Shown: positions 41,605 to 56,182, counted from the first letter of the stretch. The stretch is 64,000 bases of DNA from Octopus vulgaris (GCA_951406725.2 OX597823.1:11966001-12030000), one strand, 5' to 3'. Notes: generated from the letters alone by a model not told the origin. Program-made: numbers and translations.

Positions 41605-41993
41605 GTGGAGGCGCAATGGCCCAGTGGTTAGGGCAGCGGACTCGCAGTCATAGAATCACGGTTTCGATTCCCAGATCGGGCGTTGTGAGTGTTTATTGAG
41701 CGAAAACACCTAAAAGCTCCACGAGGCTCCGGCAGGGGATGGTAGTGATCCCTGCTGTACCGTTTCATCACAACTTTCTCTCACTCTTACTTCCTGTTTC
41801 TGTTGAACCTGTATTTCAAAGAGCCGGCCTTGTCCCTCTCTGTGTCACGCTGAATATCCCCGAGAACTACGTTAAGGGTACACGTGTCTGTGGAGTGCTC
41901 AGCCATTTACACGTTAATTTCACGAGCAGGCTGTTTCGTTGATTCGGATCAACCGGAACCCTCATCGTCGTAACCGACGGAGTGCTTCCATCC
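41605..41993 (+). mobile_element. tRNA-Arg-like SINE family C (octopus OR-type)
   Basis: tggcccagtggttagggc A box, TCG at the anticodon position, ggtttcgattccc B box; second copy at 59190. Confidence 0.8.
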
Positions 41994-42409
41994 AGATGTA
42001 CGTAGATGTAATGGACGATGACCAATCCAGAACAATAAAGAAATAAAAAGAGACGGTTAGAATCGCGCAAACATATAGACGAGTACAGAACACATAAGAA
42101 CCACACATACGTAGTCACAAATTTATGTGTACATATACATACACACACGGTATATGCTCGTATTGTCACATTGCGTGACAAGTAAATCAAAATTGTAAAA
42201 CCAGCAGCAGAAGAAGAAGGAGAAAAAGAAGAAAAAAGGAGGAAGTAGAAAGAAAAGAAGTTAATCATAATAAATTTATTGTAGTTTGTTACATTGATAG
42301 TGAGACCTATTGTTAGGGTGTCTAATTTAAATTCTGTCACGGAGTATGCATATGTATGTATGTATATATATATAATATCTATATGTTCATATATATATAG
42401 TGTTTGTAC

Positions 42410-42441
<32 letters not shown>

Positions 42442-42736
42442 GTATATATATACACTCACATATATGCATATATACATACATATTTATACATATATATATA
42501 CACTCACATATATGCATATATATACACATACATATATATATATATACACACTCACATATATGCATATATATATATATACATATAATTATGTATAGACAAA
42601 TATGTATATGTATATATATATACATTCACATATATGCATATATACATATAATTATGCATAGACAAATATGTATATGTATATATATATACATTCACATATA
42701 TGTATATATACATATAATTATGCATAGACAAATATG

Positions 42737-42788
<52 letters not shown>

Positions 42789-43306
42789 TACATATATGTA
42801 TACATGCATCATACATATATTACATCATAAGCTAACGAGATGCACGTGTGTGTGTGTGTGTGAAACCTTGTGAATAAATACACACGCATACACATTTACA
42901 TATACTCTATATATTTGCCTTTCACACACACACACACACACACAAACACATATATATATCTTTGTGTGTGTTGTATGTGAGCGAGCGTTTGGGTGGTGTG
43001 TGGGTGTGTTGGGTGTGTATAAACTCGCGACTGGACATAAATACATACAAACATAATGTGAGACTCAGAGAAGAGAGATGGTGTTTCCAATTAGTTTCAA
43101 CCAAAGGATTTCTATAAAAGTATTGTTCTTATCAGAAATATCTTTAGAACAATGAGACCCCACCCCCCGCGACTGCTGTAGAACTTTTGTCTGCTCAATG
43201 TTGTTGCTGTTGTTGTTTTTGTTGTTGTTGTTGTCGTCCTTGTTATAGTTTGTTTTGTACGTAACTCATGTGTGTTACTGTGGCAATTATAGAAAAAAAA
43301 TCATCA

Positions 43307-43689
43307 ACTTCTTCTTCTTCTTCTTCTTCTTCTTTCTCTTCTTCCTCTTCTCCTTTCTCTTCTTCTTTCTCTTCTTCTTCTTTCTCTTCTTCTTCCTCTT
43401 CTTCTCCTTTCTCTTCTTCTTCCTCTTCTCCTTTCTCTTCTTCTTCCTCTTCTCCTTTCTCTTTTTCTTCTCTTTCTTCTTCCTCTTCCTCTTCTCCTTT
43501 CTCTTCTTCTTCTTCTTCTTTCTCTTCTTCTTCTTTCTCTTCTTCTTCTTTCTCTTCTTCTCTTCTTCTTCTTCTTCTTCTTCTTCTTCTTCTTCTTCTT
43601 CTTCTTCTTTCTCTTCTTCTTTCTCTTCTTCTCTTCTTCTTTTTCTTTCTCTTCTTCTTCTTCTTCTTCTTCTTCTTCTTCTTCTTCTA
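43307..43689. repeat. (CTT)n-based microsatellite
   Basis: Direct reading. Confidence 0.95.
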
Positions 43690-43934
43690 GTCTATTTTTG
43701 TTGCGTGCTATCGCTGCACTATAGTGGAACAGCTTCGTAGGTCTTGAGTATGTACAGCGTTCTGTTCCCGGATTTGCATATCTTATTATATTGAAAGTAA
43801 TCTATGTAATATGTGTCCAGGATCAATAACCTATATGTTCTGAGATATATGAGAGTGTGTGTGCGCGCATATGTGTGCATATATATATATATATATATAC
43901 ATATATATGTATTATTCAATAAACACAATCTATG

Positions 43935-44140
43935 TTTTTATGTACTACTATTAGAGTTTCATGTGCTGAGAACACGCCAAACATTGTTTTATAACATGTC
44001 TGGTGTTGCAGCACAATCATCAGACAGTGCCCACATGCTGTGTGACCAGTGTCTCATAATTGTGCTGGGATACCAGACGTGTTATAAAACGCTGTTCAGC
44101 ATATTCTCAGCACACAAAACTAATACTAGCACGTAAAAAT
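43935..44140. repeat. Palindromic MITE-like element of about 200 bp
   Basis: tgtgctgagaa...gttttataacatgtctggt versus accagacgtgttataaaac...ttctcagcaca. Confidence 0.7.
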
Positions 44141-44237
44141 ATATATTATGTTTATTAAATAATATTTATATCTCACAAGATGGAGTACTTCTTTTGTTGA
44201 TCTTACCATCACGGAACAGTACACTATGTATATATAT

Positions 44238-44451
44238 ACTCTTTTACTCTTTTACTTGTTTCAGTCATTTGACTGCGGCCATTCTGGAGCACCGCCTTTA
44301 ATCAAGCTACTCGACCCTGGGACTTATTCTTTTGTAAGCCCAGTACTTATTCTATCGGTCTCTTTTGCCGAACTGCTAAGTAACGGGGACATAAACACAC
44401 CAGCATTGGTTGTCAAGCAATGCTAGGGGGACAAACACAGACACACAAACA

Positions 44452-44505
<54 letters not shown>

Positions 44506-44660
44506 CGACAGGCTTCTTTCAGTTTCCGTCTACCAAATCCACTCACAAGGCTTTGGTCAGCCCGAGGCTATAGTAGAAGACACTTTCCCAAGGTGCCACG
44601 CAGTGGGACTGAACCCGGAACCATGTGGTTGGTAAACAAGCTACTTACCACACAGCCACT
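44238..44660 (-). mobile_element. SINE-A
   Basis: Reverse complement of consensus. Confidence 0.88.
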
Positions 44661-44699
44661 ATATATATATATATATATATGCATGTCCGGCTGCGGTGC

Positions 44700-45210
44700 T
44701 TTGGGTTTATATTTGTCCTTCTGACCATTCCTGATCCAATCCTTACATTCTGGTAATTTTTGTTTCCAAATCTTTATAATCAAATAATTTCTCCGTTTCT
44801 TTTGGAGTTACATTATCGCCTCTTGTGGTTGATACTTTGATCAGAAGCCATTAAATTTGCTAGTGGTTCATCACCACATGATCTGATCAATTAAACTTGA
44901 TCTCCCAGTCTGTGTGGATTAGCATATCCAAGGCTATACTCGACATGTCATTGTCTGCGTTCTTTACTGGAGTACGTTTATATTATTTCCTTTGTGTCTA
45001 TATTTCATAATGCTGGCACAATTTCTAGTTTATAAATGATCCAACGTCTTTATGCCTGGCTGGGCGGTTCTGCCAATCTCCTTAACTGTCTTCCCTGTAT
45101 CAAAATGTCCTCCAGTTACTTATTCGGCTTCATTACGTATCTTGGCAGTTTCTGATGGAGTAAGCTATCATTTGGTCTTAGCTTTGAGATCTGGCTTTCC
45201 CAGCCAGTAC
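44700..45210 (-). pseudogene. R4/Dong-like (restriction-like endonuclease) LINE relic
   Basis: Minus-strand reads RHKDVGSFIN*KLCQHY...DMLIHTDWEIK...LLIKVS...KETEKLFDYKDLETKITRM, matching the RH..WD..PD..D..K layout of RLE domains. Confidence 0.65.
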
Positions 45211-45757
45211 TGAAATTTTTCTTAATTTAATTTTTTTAAAGATTTGGCCGAAAAGGAATATTTGTTGCAATGAGTTTAAAATTTTATTCAACAACCGTAA
45301 AATGCGTAGCCTAGTGGTTAGGGATGTTGGACAATGATCACAAGGTCGTGAGTTCGATCTCTGAACTGGGAAGTGCGTTGTGCTTTTGAGATATACGTTT
45401 TACTTTAAGTTGCTCCAGTTTACACTCCTGACAGTGAAGTACCATCTCAATACTGGTGCATCATTTCTCCTCTTCTGTTTCAAGAAGTGGAGGGCCGAGA
45501 GAGTATCTATGTCCGACTGCGACTACAATGACACCTAAAACAATTAACGAAAGCATGATACATGCCACCAAGTTATACGTGCTTTTTTTCTTTTCTTTGT
45601 TTTGTTTTGTTTTGTTTTAGCTTTTGTCTTTCAAAATATCTCTTATTTTTCCTTTCTCTTCTCGATTAACTTTTATTTCAGGATTTGTTTTGCTATGGTT
45701 CGTTTCATGAATGACAGATAACATTTCGTATTTCGATTTGTTTAGTAGTTATTTTTA

Positions 45758-46131
45758 TTACTCTTTTCACTTGTTTCAGTCATTTGACTGCGGCCATGCT
45801 GGAGCACCGCGTTTTAGTCGAGCAAATCGACCCCAGCACTTATTCTTTGTAAGCCTAGTTACGGGGACGTAAACACATCAGCATCGGTTTTCAAGCGATG
45901 TTGGCGAGGGGGGACGAACGCAGACACACAAGCATATACACACACATGCATATATATACATATATACGACTGGCTTCTTTCAGTTTCCATCTACCGAATC
46001 CACTCTTAAGGCTTTGGTCGGCCCTAGGCTATAGTAGAAGACACTTGCCCAAGGTGCCATGCAGTGGGAATGAACCCGGAACCATGTGGTTGGTAAGCAA
46101 ACTACTTACCACACAGCCACTCCTGCGCCTG
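45758..46131 (-). mobile_element. SINE-A with internal deletion
   Basis: Reverse complement of consensus. Confidence 0.85.
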
Positions 46132-46596
46132 CTATATTTTTAGTTATTTTTTTTTACTGTTATATATTTAGCTATATTTTTACTAGATATTCTTGTAGCC
46201 CTACAGTTTATGTTTCATAAATTTTTTCTCAACTCGCAATGCTCCTACCTTCGTGCATTTGCAGTAAATGTAGTCTCTCTGTGAGATTTTATGTGGTATA
46301 TTTTGAATAGACTGACGTTTCGCTTCTTTTCGTTTTTTGAGCAACTTTATTAATTCTTTCAGTGTTCAGCTCAAATTTTATTTTACAAGTACAATGCACA
46401 GTAGGAACGCTAGACTATTGATGCCTATGTTTTTTTTGCTTTCGTTTGTGTTTATTTTGCTTTGGCATTCAGAACTATTTTATGTAATCTTCTAATGTGC
46501 CCTTGCTCGGTCCAGTAAATTAATTCCTTTGCATAAGCCTGTTTTCCTGCTTAATTCCGTTTTTCTCGTGTGATATATGATACGATATATAATATA

Positions 46597-46630
<34 letters not shown>

Positions 46631-46677
46631 TCACACTAGAAACTTTTATTCAGTTAAAATTACATCAATAATTCTTA

Positions 46678-46909
46678 TTCTTTTATTCTTTTACTTGTTT
46701 CAGTCATATGACTGCGGCCATTCTGGAGCACCATCTTTAGTCGAACAAATCGACCCCAGCATTTATTTTTGTAAGCCTAGTACTTATTCTATCGGTCTCT
46801 TTTGCCGAACCGCTAAGTTACAGGGGACGTGAGCACACCAACATCGGTTGTCAAGCGATGGTGGGGAACAAACACAGGCACACAAATATACACACACACA
46901 CACACACGT

Positions 46910-46942
<33 letters not shown>

Positions 46943-47036
46943 CGATGGGCTTCTTTCAGTTCCCGCTCTTCCAAATCTGCTCACAAGGCTTTGGTCGGCC
47001 CGAGGCTATAGTAGAAGACATTTGCCCAAGGTGCCA
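46678..47036 (-). mobile_element. SINE-A, 5'-truncated
   Basis: Reverse complement of consensus. Confidence 0.82.
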
Positions 47037-47509
47037 ATAATGGAAAGAAAAATTCAGGATATTAATCATAAGCTTGATTTTTTTAAGGTCAATGGCTGTA
47101 ATTTAATATCATCTTCATAAGTCCTATCAGTGCACATTTTTTGTCCACATGCATACTGGAAAATGGAAATGATTAACGATGTAGCGATTACGGAGACCAC
47201 TTCGGGCATGTTCTGGTCTTGTCATATCTCAGTGCTGCGTAGGTTTAGCGGATCTTAAAATGGCTTTGAAAACGTGGGGGATTTTTCTCTTAATAAGGCA
47301 TTAAAAAATTGACATGAGAAAATTTCCGTAGTTGCCGAAGCTAATATATATATCATCGCATGATATGCTAGAAATAGTATTTAAAAAAAAAAAATCCTTT
47401 AAATCACACTTTGCTTTCATAAAAGAAATATTGGCTAATGTAGTTCTACTTACTCTATGCATGAATAAATGATGAGGTGGTCATCGATAGAACCCCTTGG
47501 AATATATAT

Positions 47510-47923
47510 ATTTCTTTACTACACACAAGGGGCTAAACACAGAGGGGACAAACAAGGTCAGACAAACGGATTAAGTCGATTATATCGACCCCAGTGTGAA
47601 ACTGGTACTTATTTAATCGACCCCGAAAGGATGAAAAGCATAGTCGGCCTCATCGGAATTTGAACTCAGAACGTAGCGGCAGACGAAATACCGTTTTCTT
47701 TATTACCCACAGGGGCTAAACATAGAGGGGACAAACAAGGACAGACATAGGTATTAAGTCGATTACATCGACCTCAGTGCGTAACTGGTACTTAATTTAT
47801 CGACCCCGAAAGGATGAAAGGCAAAGTCGACCTCGGCGGAATTTGAACTCAGAACGTAACGGCAGACGAAATGCCGTTAAGCATTTCATCCCGCGTGCTA
47901 ACGGTTCTGTCAGCTCGTCGCCT
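47510..47923 (-). mobile_element. Two tandem SINE-B copies
   Basis: Reverse complement of SINE-B twice, junction near 47695. Confidence 0.8.
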
Positions 47924-48540
47924 TCTCTTGGAATATATATATGCTAAATCAAGGCTGACATGTGACGACACGTCTACCCAAGCACGCACACACGCACACA
48001 CACACACACAGACACACAGACACACACACACACACACAAATACACTTATATACAAATCAGCGAGTAAGCCTCTGTGTAATCCCTCAACCAAGTAGAAAGC
48101 AAATATCCCTTCAGCATAAACAAATAGAAAGACGTATTTTATGTTATACAGTTCAGATTATTATTGCAGAATAAAAGACTGACAGTAAGGTTACTCATGG
48201 TAAGCATTTGGTCGTAGTTCTGCTCATTCAAAGCTGACGTGGGATTAAACAACAACGGTGACGACAACAACAACGACAACAACAACAACAACAGCTCGAT
48301 CACTTATCGTTGACACTAATTGGGGCAGAGAAAATATCAAAATGACAAAACGACAGATAAAACTAAAATCACAAACATCTGAAGCGTTGTTACTAGTTTA
48401 CGTTTAAATGTTCAATTAATTAGTTACCAGCTGGGTCTTTAGAAACCCTAGGGTATTTAAAAATTTACTTAAGGATATCCGAAAGCTTTGAATTAAATAA
48501 CATGATTGGCAAAAACATTGAAAATTGTATTCCCAAAGAG

Positions 48541-48623
<83 letters not shown>

Positions 48624-51600
48624 GGAAAGAGACAGAGAGAGATGGAAAGAGAGAGAGAGAGAGAGATGGAAAGAGTGAGAGAGAGAGAGTATTTCTTTAT
48701 TCACCATAAGGTTGAGAAAAAGAGGGGACAAAACAAACGTTGGGGTCAGGGTATCGAATGAGACGAAACGTATGAATAAACAAAACAATTAAAATATATA
48801 CAATTAAATGAGAATGAGTGATTAACAAAAAATGAAGCGGAGGACGTGGTTGACCCCACAAACCACATACTCACACTGAAGGCTTTGCTTTCTCCTTTTT
48901 CACATTCTTGATTAAACAGGTTCTTTCACTCGCAACATACTTGCTATAGACTTCCATCTTTTAAGAGTGAGAATGCGTACTGTGGGCGTAAAAGATTACC
49001 TCTGGTAAAAGTTTCTGTTTTCTCTGGAATGAAGTAAAGCTAAATTGCCTTTGTTTTACTCAAACCTTAAGCGTAGGAAGATAGAGCGACGAGATTATAA
49101 AAATGCTGGAAACAAGTGGCTGAAATTGTTAGCGTTTATGGTATCATAACTCTTCATTAGATGAATGAGTTGTGCTCTGATCGATAAAATGGTTAAATTG
49201 GACAAAATGGATAAGTCGTATAAACTGGGTAATTTGGAGGAAAACAAAAGGTGAAAAGCGAAATAAATTAGTAGTCGGATAGGCAGAACCTCGTATATAA
49301 CTTTGCTGGTCTGAAAATAAATATGTTTTTCTATGTGGCAAGTTTATCACTGCGGTTCAGGCCTGTGTTGCTTCCTAATGAATTGTGCCTCCACAATTCA
49401 AAGGTTTATGGTATTCCTCTGTATCGCTAATTCCTATGTCTTTATTTCTTTATTTCTTCAGCATGTTAATCTGATAAAATATTGCGTTACTTGCCGTTGA
49501 TTTGTAAAAATTTCCTGCTGTTTCCTCGATGAGATCTGTGTATATACACGTAGAAAAAGTTTGCAAAGTTTTTTTTTTCTAACACAATGGTCAGTCACTG
49601 TTTATCCGCTTTCAAATCTGATTAGCTTGGAGCAGGAGTGACCCATTTTTTGTGTTATTGTCCTGACTCGAGGATAAATATTGTTCTAGGGTATGTCCAT
49701 GCCTTGCTATTCTAACAGGAAGACCAAACCACTTTCTAAACATTTTAGTCTAATTTTCATTGTCTTAGTATTTTTTTCTCTCTTTCATTTGACACTAATA
49801 GCCTTGCTGACACCAGTTTCTGCTGATCCAAGTCATATCCTTTTCTTCTTTCTCTCTGTGTCCACAGAACGACGGTGAAAGAGCTAACAGGGCCATCCAA
49901 TGAAAACTGTTCTCTCGGCCCCGTTATGTAGACCTTGAGATTCATTCGTTATGCAAAGCATGACCTGAGGCCACTGGAGCACAGCAGCTCTCTGAAGTTA
50001 TTCTGCGAAAAGCTGGTCTGATTGATCTTGTCACATCTGCCCATCTACGAGTAAAATGCTTTATGGCCGCCTGTTATGTTAGACTTTGTTGGTATATAGA
50101 ATGTGGGCGGAGAAAATTGCCCTTTTTTACTTGTTCCTTGTTGGGTTAACCCGGGAGGAAAGAACGAAGTGTAGTCGAGTAAAGTATTTGATATTAAACT
50201 TGATTTTGCGATGGAGGATATTTTTGTGGCCACTTCTTTGAAATGCCTCAGCATAGGAGTGTCATCTGTTTATCTCTAGTACAGTGTCATACATCGTTCA
50301 TAGTTCACTACCTTGTCCAGGTCTTCTAGTGTAAGTAAGGATGACTAGAATTCCATAAGTCTGCATTTGATCTGAAGAATCGCCAGTGGATGGTAATTTT
50401 CAGCTGAGACCCATGCTGGTGGTGCAACATCCATGAAGGTTCCAAAGCTTATTGAATAGAAAACTAATGAAAATCTTGAGCTTTTTTTTCCAGGCGCTGT
50501 TAAATGGCTTCTGCTGTTGGTATGCCGTCTTAAAGTATCAGCATACCAACAACAAAAGTCATATAACCAGTTTAATTATCAAAATAACACAGAGAAGTAT
50601 TTCAGCAGAGATTAACATGTCGAGAAAATACAGACAGATATCTTAGCGACATAAACACGGATGCTGCAAATCTCTGCTGAAGAACTACATCATCATCTGT
50701 GTTCCCCTTGCTAAAACATCCCTGCGTATCTTGTTAATACGTCTGTTTGTGATTCGCTAAAACATTGGTGTGCATCTCGCTAGAACATGTTATATCTAAA
50801 GCTTCCATTGCTGAGGAACTTCTCATCGGCAAGAAGAACCCTACCCTGAACCGCAGATAGGTGCTGGATACATGGACATACATATTTCGTATTTATGGAC
50901 TGTGAAGCACGAACGCGATACCGCATTTCCAGTTCTCTTTCAACTCCGTTTCTCCGTTCCTTTTCCTTTGCCGTGCTCTATATTTCTAATCTACCAAGTT
51001 AAGTGTTTAGATCACAGACCAGCTTGTCTAATGAGGAATTATATACTCGAATAAACTAACAAACAAAGCGTTAAAACTTGAACCAGTGACATGGCCTCCA
51101 CTTATCAGTTGTTTGTTATTTCAGTTCGATATTGTATCGTTTTCTCAGTTTGTTGTTGCCATTTTACAGTAAATTGCACATAATTTCCCCGAATTACAAC
51201 CCATAGAACAAACATGTTGCATGAGATACGCCATGACATTATAGTTTAAACTCTCATTTAATGATGATAAAAAAAAATGGACAGGTAAAGAGCGAAAGAG
51301 AGAGAATGGAAGAACCAGAGAATGGGGGTAGAGGGAGAGAGAGAAAAAGAGAGAAAGTTGGGTAAGAAACAGATAGTAAAGCCGAGCTGAATATTTATTA
51401 CCAAATATCTCTTTTGGGTTGTAAATTATAACGTTTATATATGGTGGTTTAGTGACATTAGCCGTCCATTTGGGACAGACCGGACAATGAATTTGGTTTT
51501 ATGATGTGATAAAGGCATCCTCAACTGAATATAGCGAATCAACCTGAAGTTATATTCAAAGTCTTTTTCTCACCTTTTATTATGTCAAATTCAAATCTAT

Positions 51601-52002
51601 TTAATTATATTATCATAGAGCACAACCAAAATACTCTGTATTTGTAGGCTTTTCCCCCACTCATATTATTTTTATTAATGCATAATGTAGGAGATCAAGG
51701 AGTGTCTACACCATTTGCAGACCTTTCTAGACTGGTGCTGTTTGTATTAATGTTCTTTATTTCATTTTACATCGCAATATATAGATTATAACATCATTGA
51801 TTACTCCTTTCCGGGTGTGTGACGGAGCCAACCCTTGATTCAGTCATTGCCTTTCTGGTAGCCAAGATCGAACAGGGAGTGTGTTTGTAACTCGGGGCAG
51901 AACAAGCATGACAAGGTACTTCATTTAAAGAGTAACTGTTTTACGAATTTCTCACTTTACATTCGTTACTGATATATATCGATAGTTACACGCACACACA
52001 CG

Positions 52003-52054
<52 letters not shown>

Positions 52055-53350
52055 CACATACACACACACACACAAATACAGTTTTGAAAATTTGATTGTG
52101 TTTTTGTTTTATCTTGCTTGTCGTATTTTTTCTTCATATTTTTTTTTCATATTTCCGTACGAAATCCTAGATGCTTGCTTCATCTTCGAGGTGATGTGAT
52201 GATATGGATGTTATTAGTCTTTTAGTCAAGAAGATAGGCAATGGCCATGACCATTCCCAGGGCCCCCAAAATTAGTGATAAGGAGAGAGGGTATGGGCTA
52301 CTCAAACTAGCGATCCCCTACCGAATGCTTGAAACAAGAGTGCACACCGCTAAAAGCACCGAAGTCCTTGGGTTGTAGAGTTAAATCAGGCGACGGCTAA
52401 GTCTACTCCTATTAAACTAGGTCACGATGGGATTTGAACTCGGAAAGCAAAAACCGGAAGAGTTACTGCAAAGCAACCCTGTATGACGTTCCTAAATTTC
52501 TGTAGATCCACCGCTTTGGTTGAAAGGCAACGTTAGCTTCGGCGGAAATTGAACTCGGAGTACAGTGAGTCAGAACAAATGCCACGTGATGACTTAGCTA
52601 ATTCATCGACTTTATAGCAAGCAGGGATATTGTGATTAATAAGGATGTTACCATCGCTATTTGAATGTTTTCTGCTGTAAATGTCACGACTCCATCTTTT
52701 ATATTGTGTACACTAGTATGACTTTCTCTCGTTAATTCACTATGCACTTATAACTAAGAGCAATTGCAATTGATTGCTTCCAAGATTGGGATCGAATCAA
52801 TGCTCCCTCTGATTCTTTTTGCTGTGGGTGTGCGCAGAAATCTATTGTGAGCTAACTTTGTCTTTCATTGCATAGTATGCACGCATCCATGTTAGTAGAC
52901 ATCGCGCAAATACCATTCTGACCCGTGTGCTGTTTTTAGTGTGTATTGATAATGATATACTAAGAAATTACACGATTGACATTTTCGATTAGATAAATTT
53001 AATATCATCTTCAAAAGTCCTATCAGTGCACATTTTTTGTCCACATGCATACTTTTTTCCACATATGTATAACATGTGTGCGAAAAAAGCTCACAGGAAG
53101 ATGGGCATGAACGCAAAATTACATGGTTGCCAAGAGAACTTCGTAATCATACAGCTATGCATCTATCAAACAATAAATGTACATTTATTGCTTGGTAGAT
53201 GAAAAGAAAGCATGCGTGAGGAGCTTCCAATGAATTACAGTAATCCCTCGACTATCGCGGTTGTTACGTTCCAAAACAACCCGCGATAGGTGAAAATTCG
53301 CGAAATAGAAATTACTGTGCTGTAGTATATTTTCTTATAATATTTTTATA

Positions 53351-53856
53351 TCTATATATATAAAACTCTAGTTGTGTGAGTGTCTGTCCCCTTCGATTTA
53401 GATTCCTAACTCCTCCCACATTTTGCGGTGCAGTTTAACCAAATTCGGGTATCTTATAGTCGTGATTCATATCGAGCCCGTCTGACTATTAGCGCGCGTC
53501 AACGATGAGTCTACGATTTTAAAAATAATTTAACATAATTTTTTATTCCATTTTAATGCATAAAATGCATCGTGTGTCGATGGTGGCGGAGTTGGCGTCC
53601 ACGCTCACAGCTGCACCTGTTTGCTTCTCCCCCTTCCCTCCCTCGTGAAGCTGTGGGGAAGGGAGTGTAAAGAAATCAACGTCGTAATGCGTTGTGAAGG
53701 AGACCAGCGTTCTTTTAGAACAACGACTTCATGGCTTGAAAACACCAAAACAAAAATGGCTAAGAAAGCCCGAATTTATAAGGGAAGTAACTCTCTAAAA
53801 ATGCTTATATAGTTATTTCCCTTACAAATCCGAGCAACGCCGGGCGATACTGCTAG
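53351..53856 (+). mobile_element. Helitron H1, long variant with an extra internal segment of about 200 bp
   Basis: TC...hairpin...CTAG; segment 53570-53775 is absent from the other copies. Confidence 0.85.
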
Positions 53857-54246
53857 TCTTTATATATAAAAGAAAGGTTGTGTGTCTGTCTACTCCGATT
53901 TAGATTCCTAACTACTCCCACATTTTGCGGTGCAGTTTAACCAAAAGCGGGTATCTTATAGTCGTGATTCATATCAAGCCCTTCTGGGTATTAGCGCGCG
54001 TCTACAATGAGTCTACGATTTAAAAAATAATTTACTATCATTTTTTCCATTTTAATGCATATTTTTTTAATATAAGGGAAGTAACTCTCTAAAAATGTCT
54101 ACGATGAGTCAACGATTTAAAAAAAATTACCATAATTTTTTTTCCATTTTTAATGCATTTTTTACTATTTTTTGGCTATAACTCTCTAAAAATGCTTTAT
54201 AGTTATTTCCCTTACGAACCCGAGCAACGCCGGGCGATACTGCTAC
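53857..54246 (+). mobile_element. Helitron H1, head-to-tail with the previous copy
   Basis: Exact CTAG|TC junction at 53856/53857; terminal hairpin present. Confidence 0.85.
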
Positions 54247-54249
54247 TAA

Positions 54250-55508
54250 TCTATAAAACAGTCTTTGGACGAAAATTGTATGCACCTTTTGCTTTGACGG
54301 TTAATGGCAGCCAAACTGAGGCTAGGATCGAGCTGAAAATTGGCAGGGATACTAAATGCGTGGTGAGGATGAGACCCGCGATGGTTAAAATTCGCAAGCT
54401 ATAAATATGTGGTTGCTATGGCAAAAAGAGTGATTTTTTATCGATTCAAGGGGGCATAGAGACCCTCTAGGTTTGTGCGATTGGCTTTTAATGCCCAGCG
54501 GCATGCACTGCAGGCTGTTGTGCTTAATAAACATACATTTTGTCGCAAAATTCCGGCTACTAGGAAACGATTTTCCATTGTGAAAAAACGAGTGCTTCTT
54601 GTCCTCTTTTTCTTTTTAATATTTTTATAAAATGAAAGGATTTCGTCTATTTTTTCTGCTAACCACTTACGACGGTGATTCACTTGACTAGGAAAACTAT
54701 ATGTGATGAATATCCAATACCAAACTATCTTAATTTACATATTGAAACTATATTAAACTTTGGCAAGCTTACCTTTACCTATTCTGATTTACTTGAAAGG
54801 TGATGTTAAATTCCCTCTCTTCTGATTGGTGATAATTTTTTTTTTACCTTTGATACCGTTATTTCACTTTAAGGATGCTTCTTTACCCAGCCATTATGAT
54901 ATTTCGACTGCTGTTTCAAATAGGTTTCAGCACTGTCATTCTAACCTTTTTAAACACTTATATATGATTCGTCCCAAAGAATCAACCTTTAAATAAAAGT
55001 TTTGCTTCCACTAGCGAAAGCTATACGTATCTTTCAGGAATTTCCATACCAATTTAACTTTATGCAGCATTCGCTGTTAGCTTATGTGCACACTATGTGG
55101 GAAGATAGGCTAAAATGTCTTTTGTTAGCTTCCTTTGCTGTTGAAAAAAAAATAAACTCGCAGAGGGGAAGTTTCTTCCTTCAATTCCCTTACACCATTT
55201 ATGTGGCTGTTTCTGACAAGAAATTTCGCTTTCATGTAAAACAACTATATTTTGTAGTCATTATCCGTAATCTACTCCCAAAACACTTCAGTAGCTCTAC
55301 TTTACATCGCTTGCAAACTTACATGTTCTATGATAATCAAAGTGCAATGACCTCCACAATAACCAGCCTTCAATTTGATTTTCCGTTCTTAGGTTAATCG
55401 GAAATAGATTGCCATGCTACACATAAACCTTCTCGGTAGTTCAATTATTTGGTGAAAAAATACCACGAAAGCAACATAAACCGTCCAAAGGACGGGTGCG
55501 TTTGCTAG
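54250..55508 (+). mobile_element. Putative second Helitron family (H2), non-autonomous
   Basis: Starts TCtataaaa; ends with hairpin ccgtcc-aaa-ggacgg followed by gtgcgtttgCTAG|T. Confidence 0.6.
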
Positions 55509-55839
55509 TTTGTATATATTTACTTTATTATAAATGAAAAAAAAATACCACAGAAGAATCGACGTAAGCTTAAATAATAAACCGCGATAGGTGAACGGCG
55601 ATAGGTGAACCACGACAGGTGAAGCGCTACATGGCGAGAGATTACTGTACGGCGTAATGTTTTATACATGCCTTTAGGATTAAGGTGTAGGAATTAAGAA
55701 AGGGAAAAAGGGGAGGATAGATCACGTTAGAAAATCTATTGATATACACATATTCATACATACACACATACATACATACATACATACGTACGTACATGCA
55801 TGCATACATACATACATACATACATACATACATACGTAC

Positions 55840-55890
<51 letters not shown>

Positions 55891-55907
55891 TATACACATA
55901 TATATAC

Positions 55908-56010
<103 letters not shown>

Positions 56011-56148
56011 TATACATACATATATATATAACTTAACATGGATGTCTTGTTAGAACACCAAATGCTGCGTTGTTAACTTTGATGGATCATCTCATATAGG
56101 CGCTTGGTGCATAAAAGTACACATACAGAACGTAACAGACGAGGACCG

Positions 56149-56182
<34 letters not shown>

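Larger units (their letters stand above)
53238..55647. mobile_element. pogo/Tigger-like MITE split by nested Helitrons
   Basis: TA|cagtaatccctcg ... cgagagattactg|TA TIRs; the motif ccgcgataggtgaa occurs in both halves. Confidence 0.75.

Noticed and set aside
41605-41680. tRNA-Arg-like sequence (also 59190-59265)
   Set aside because: SINE head: no proper acceptor stem, and it continues into the SINE body.
42560-42750. Three repeats of about 64 bp resembling a spaced array
   Set aside because: Microsatellite-derived minisatellite; no unique spacers or cas genes, eukaryotic context, so not CRISPR.
49870-50450. Possible RTE-like RT relic on the minus strand
   Set aside because: Too degraded to read diagnostic motifs with confidence.
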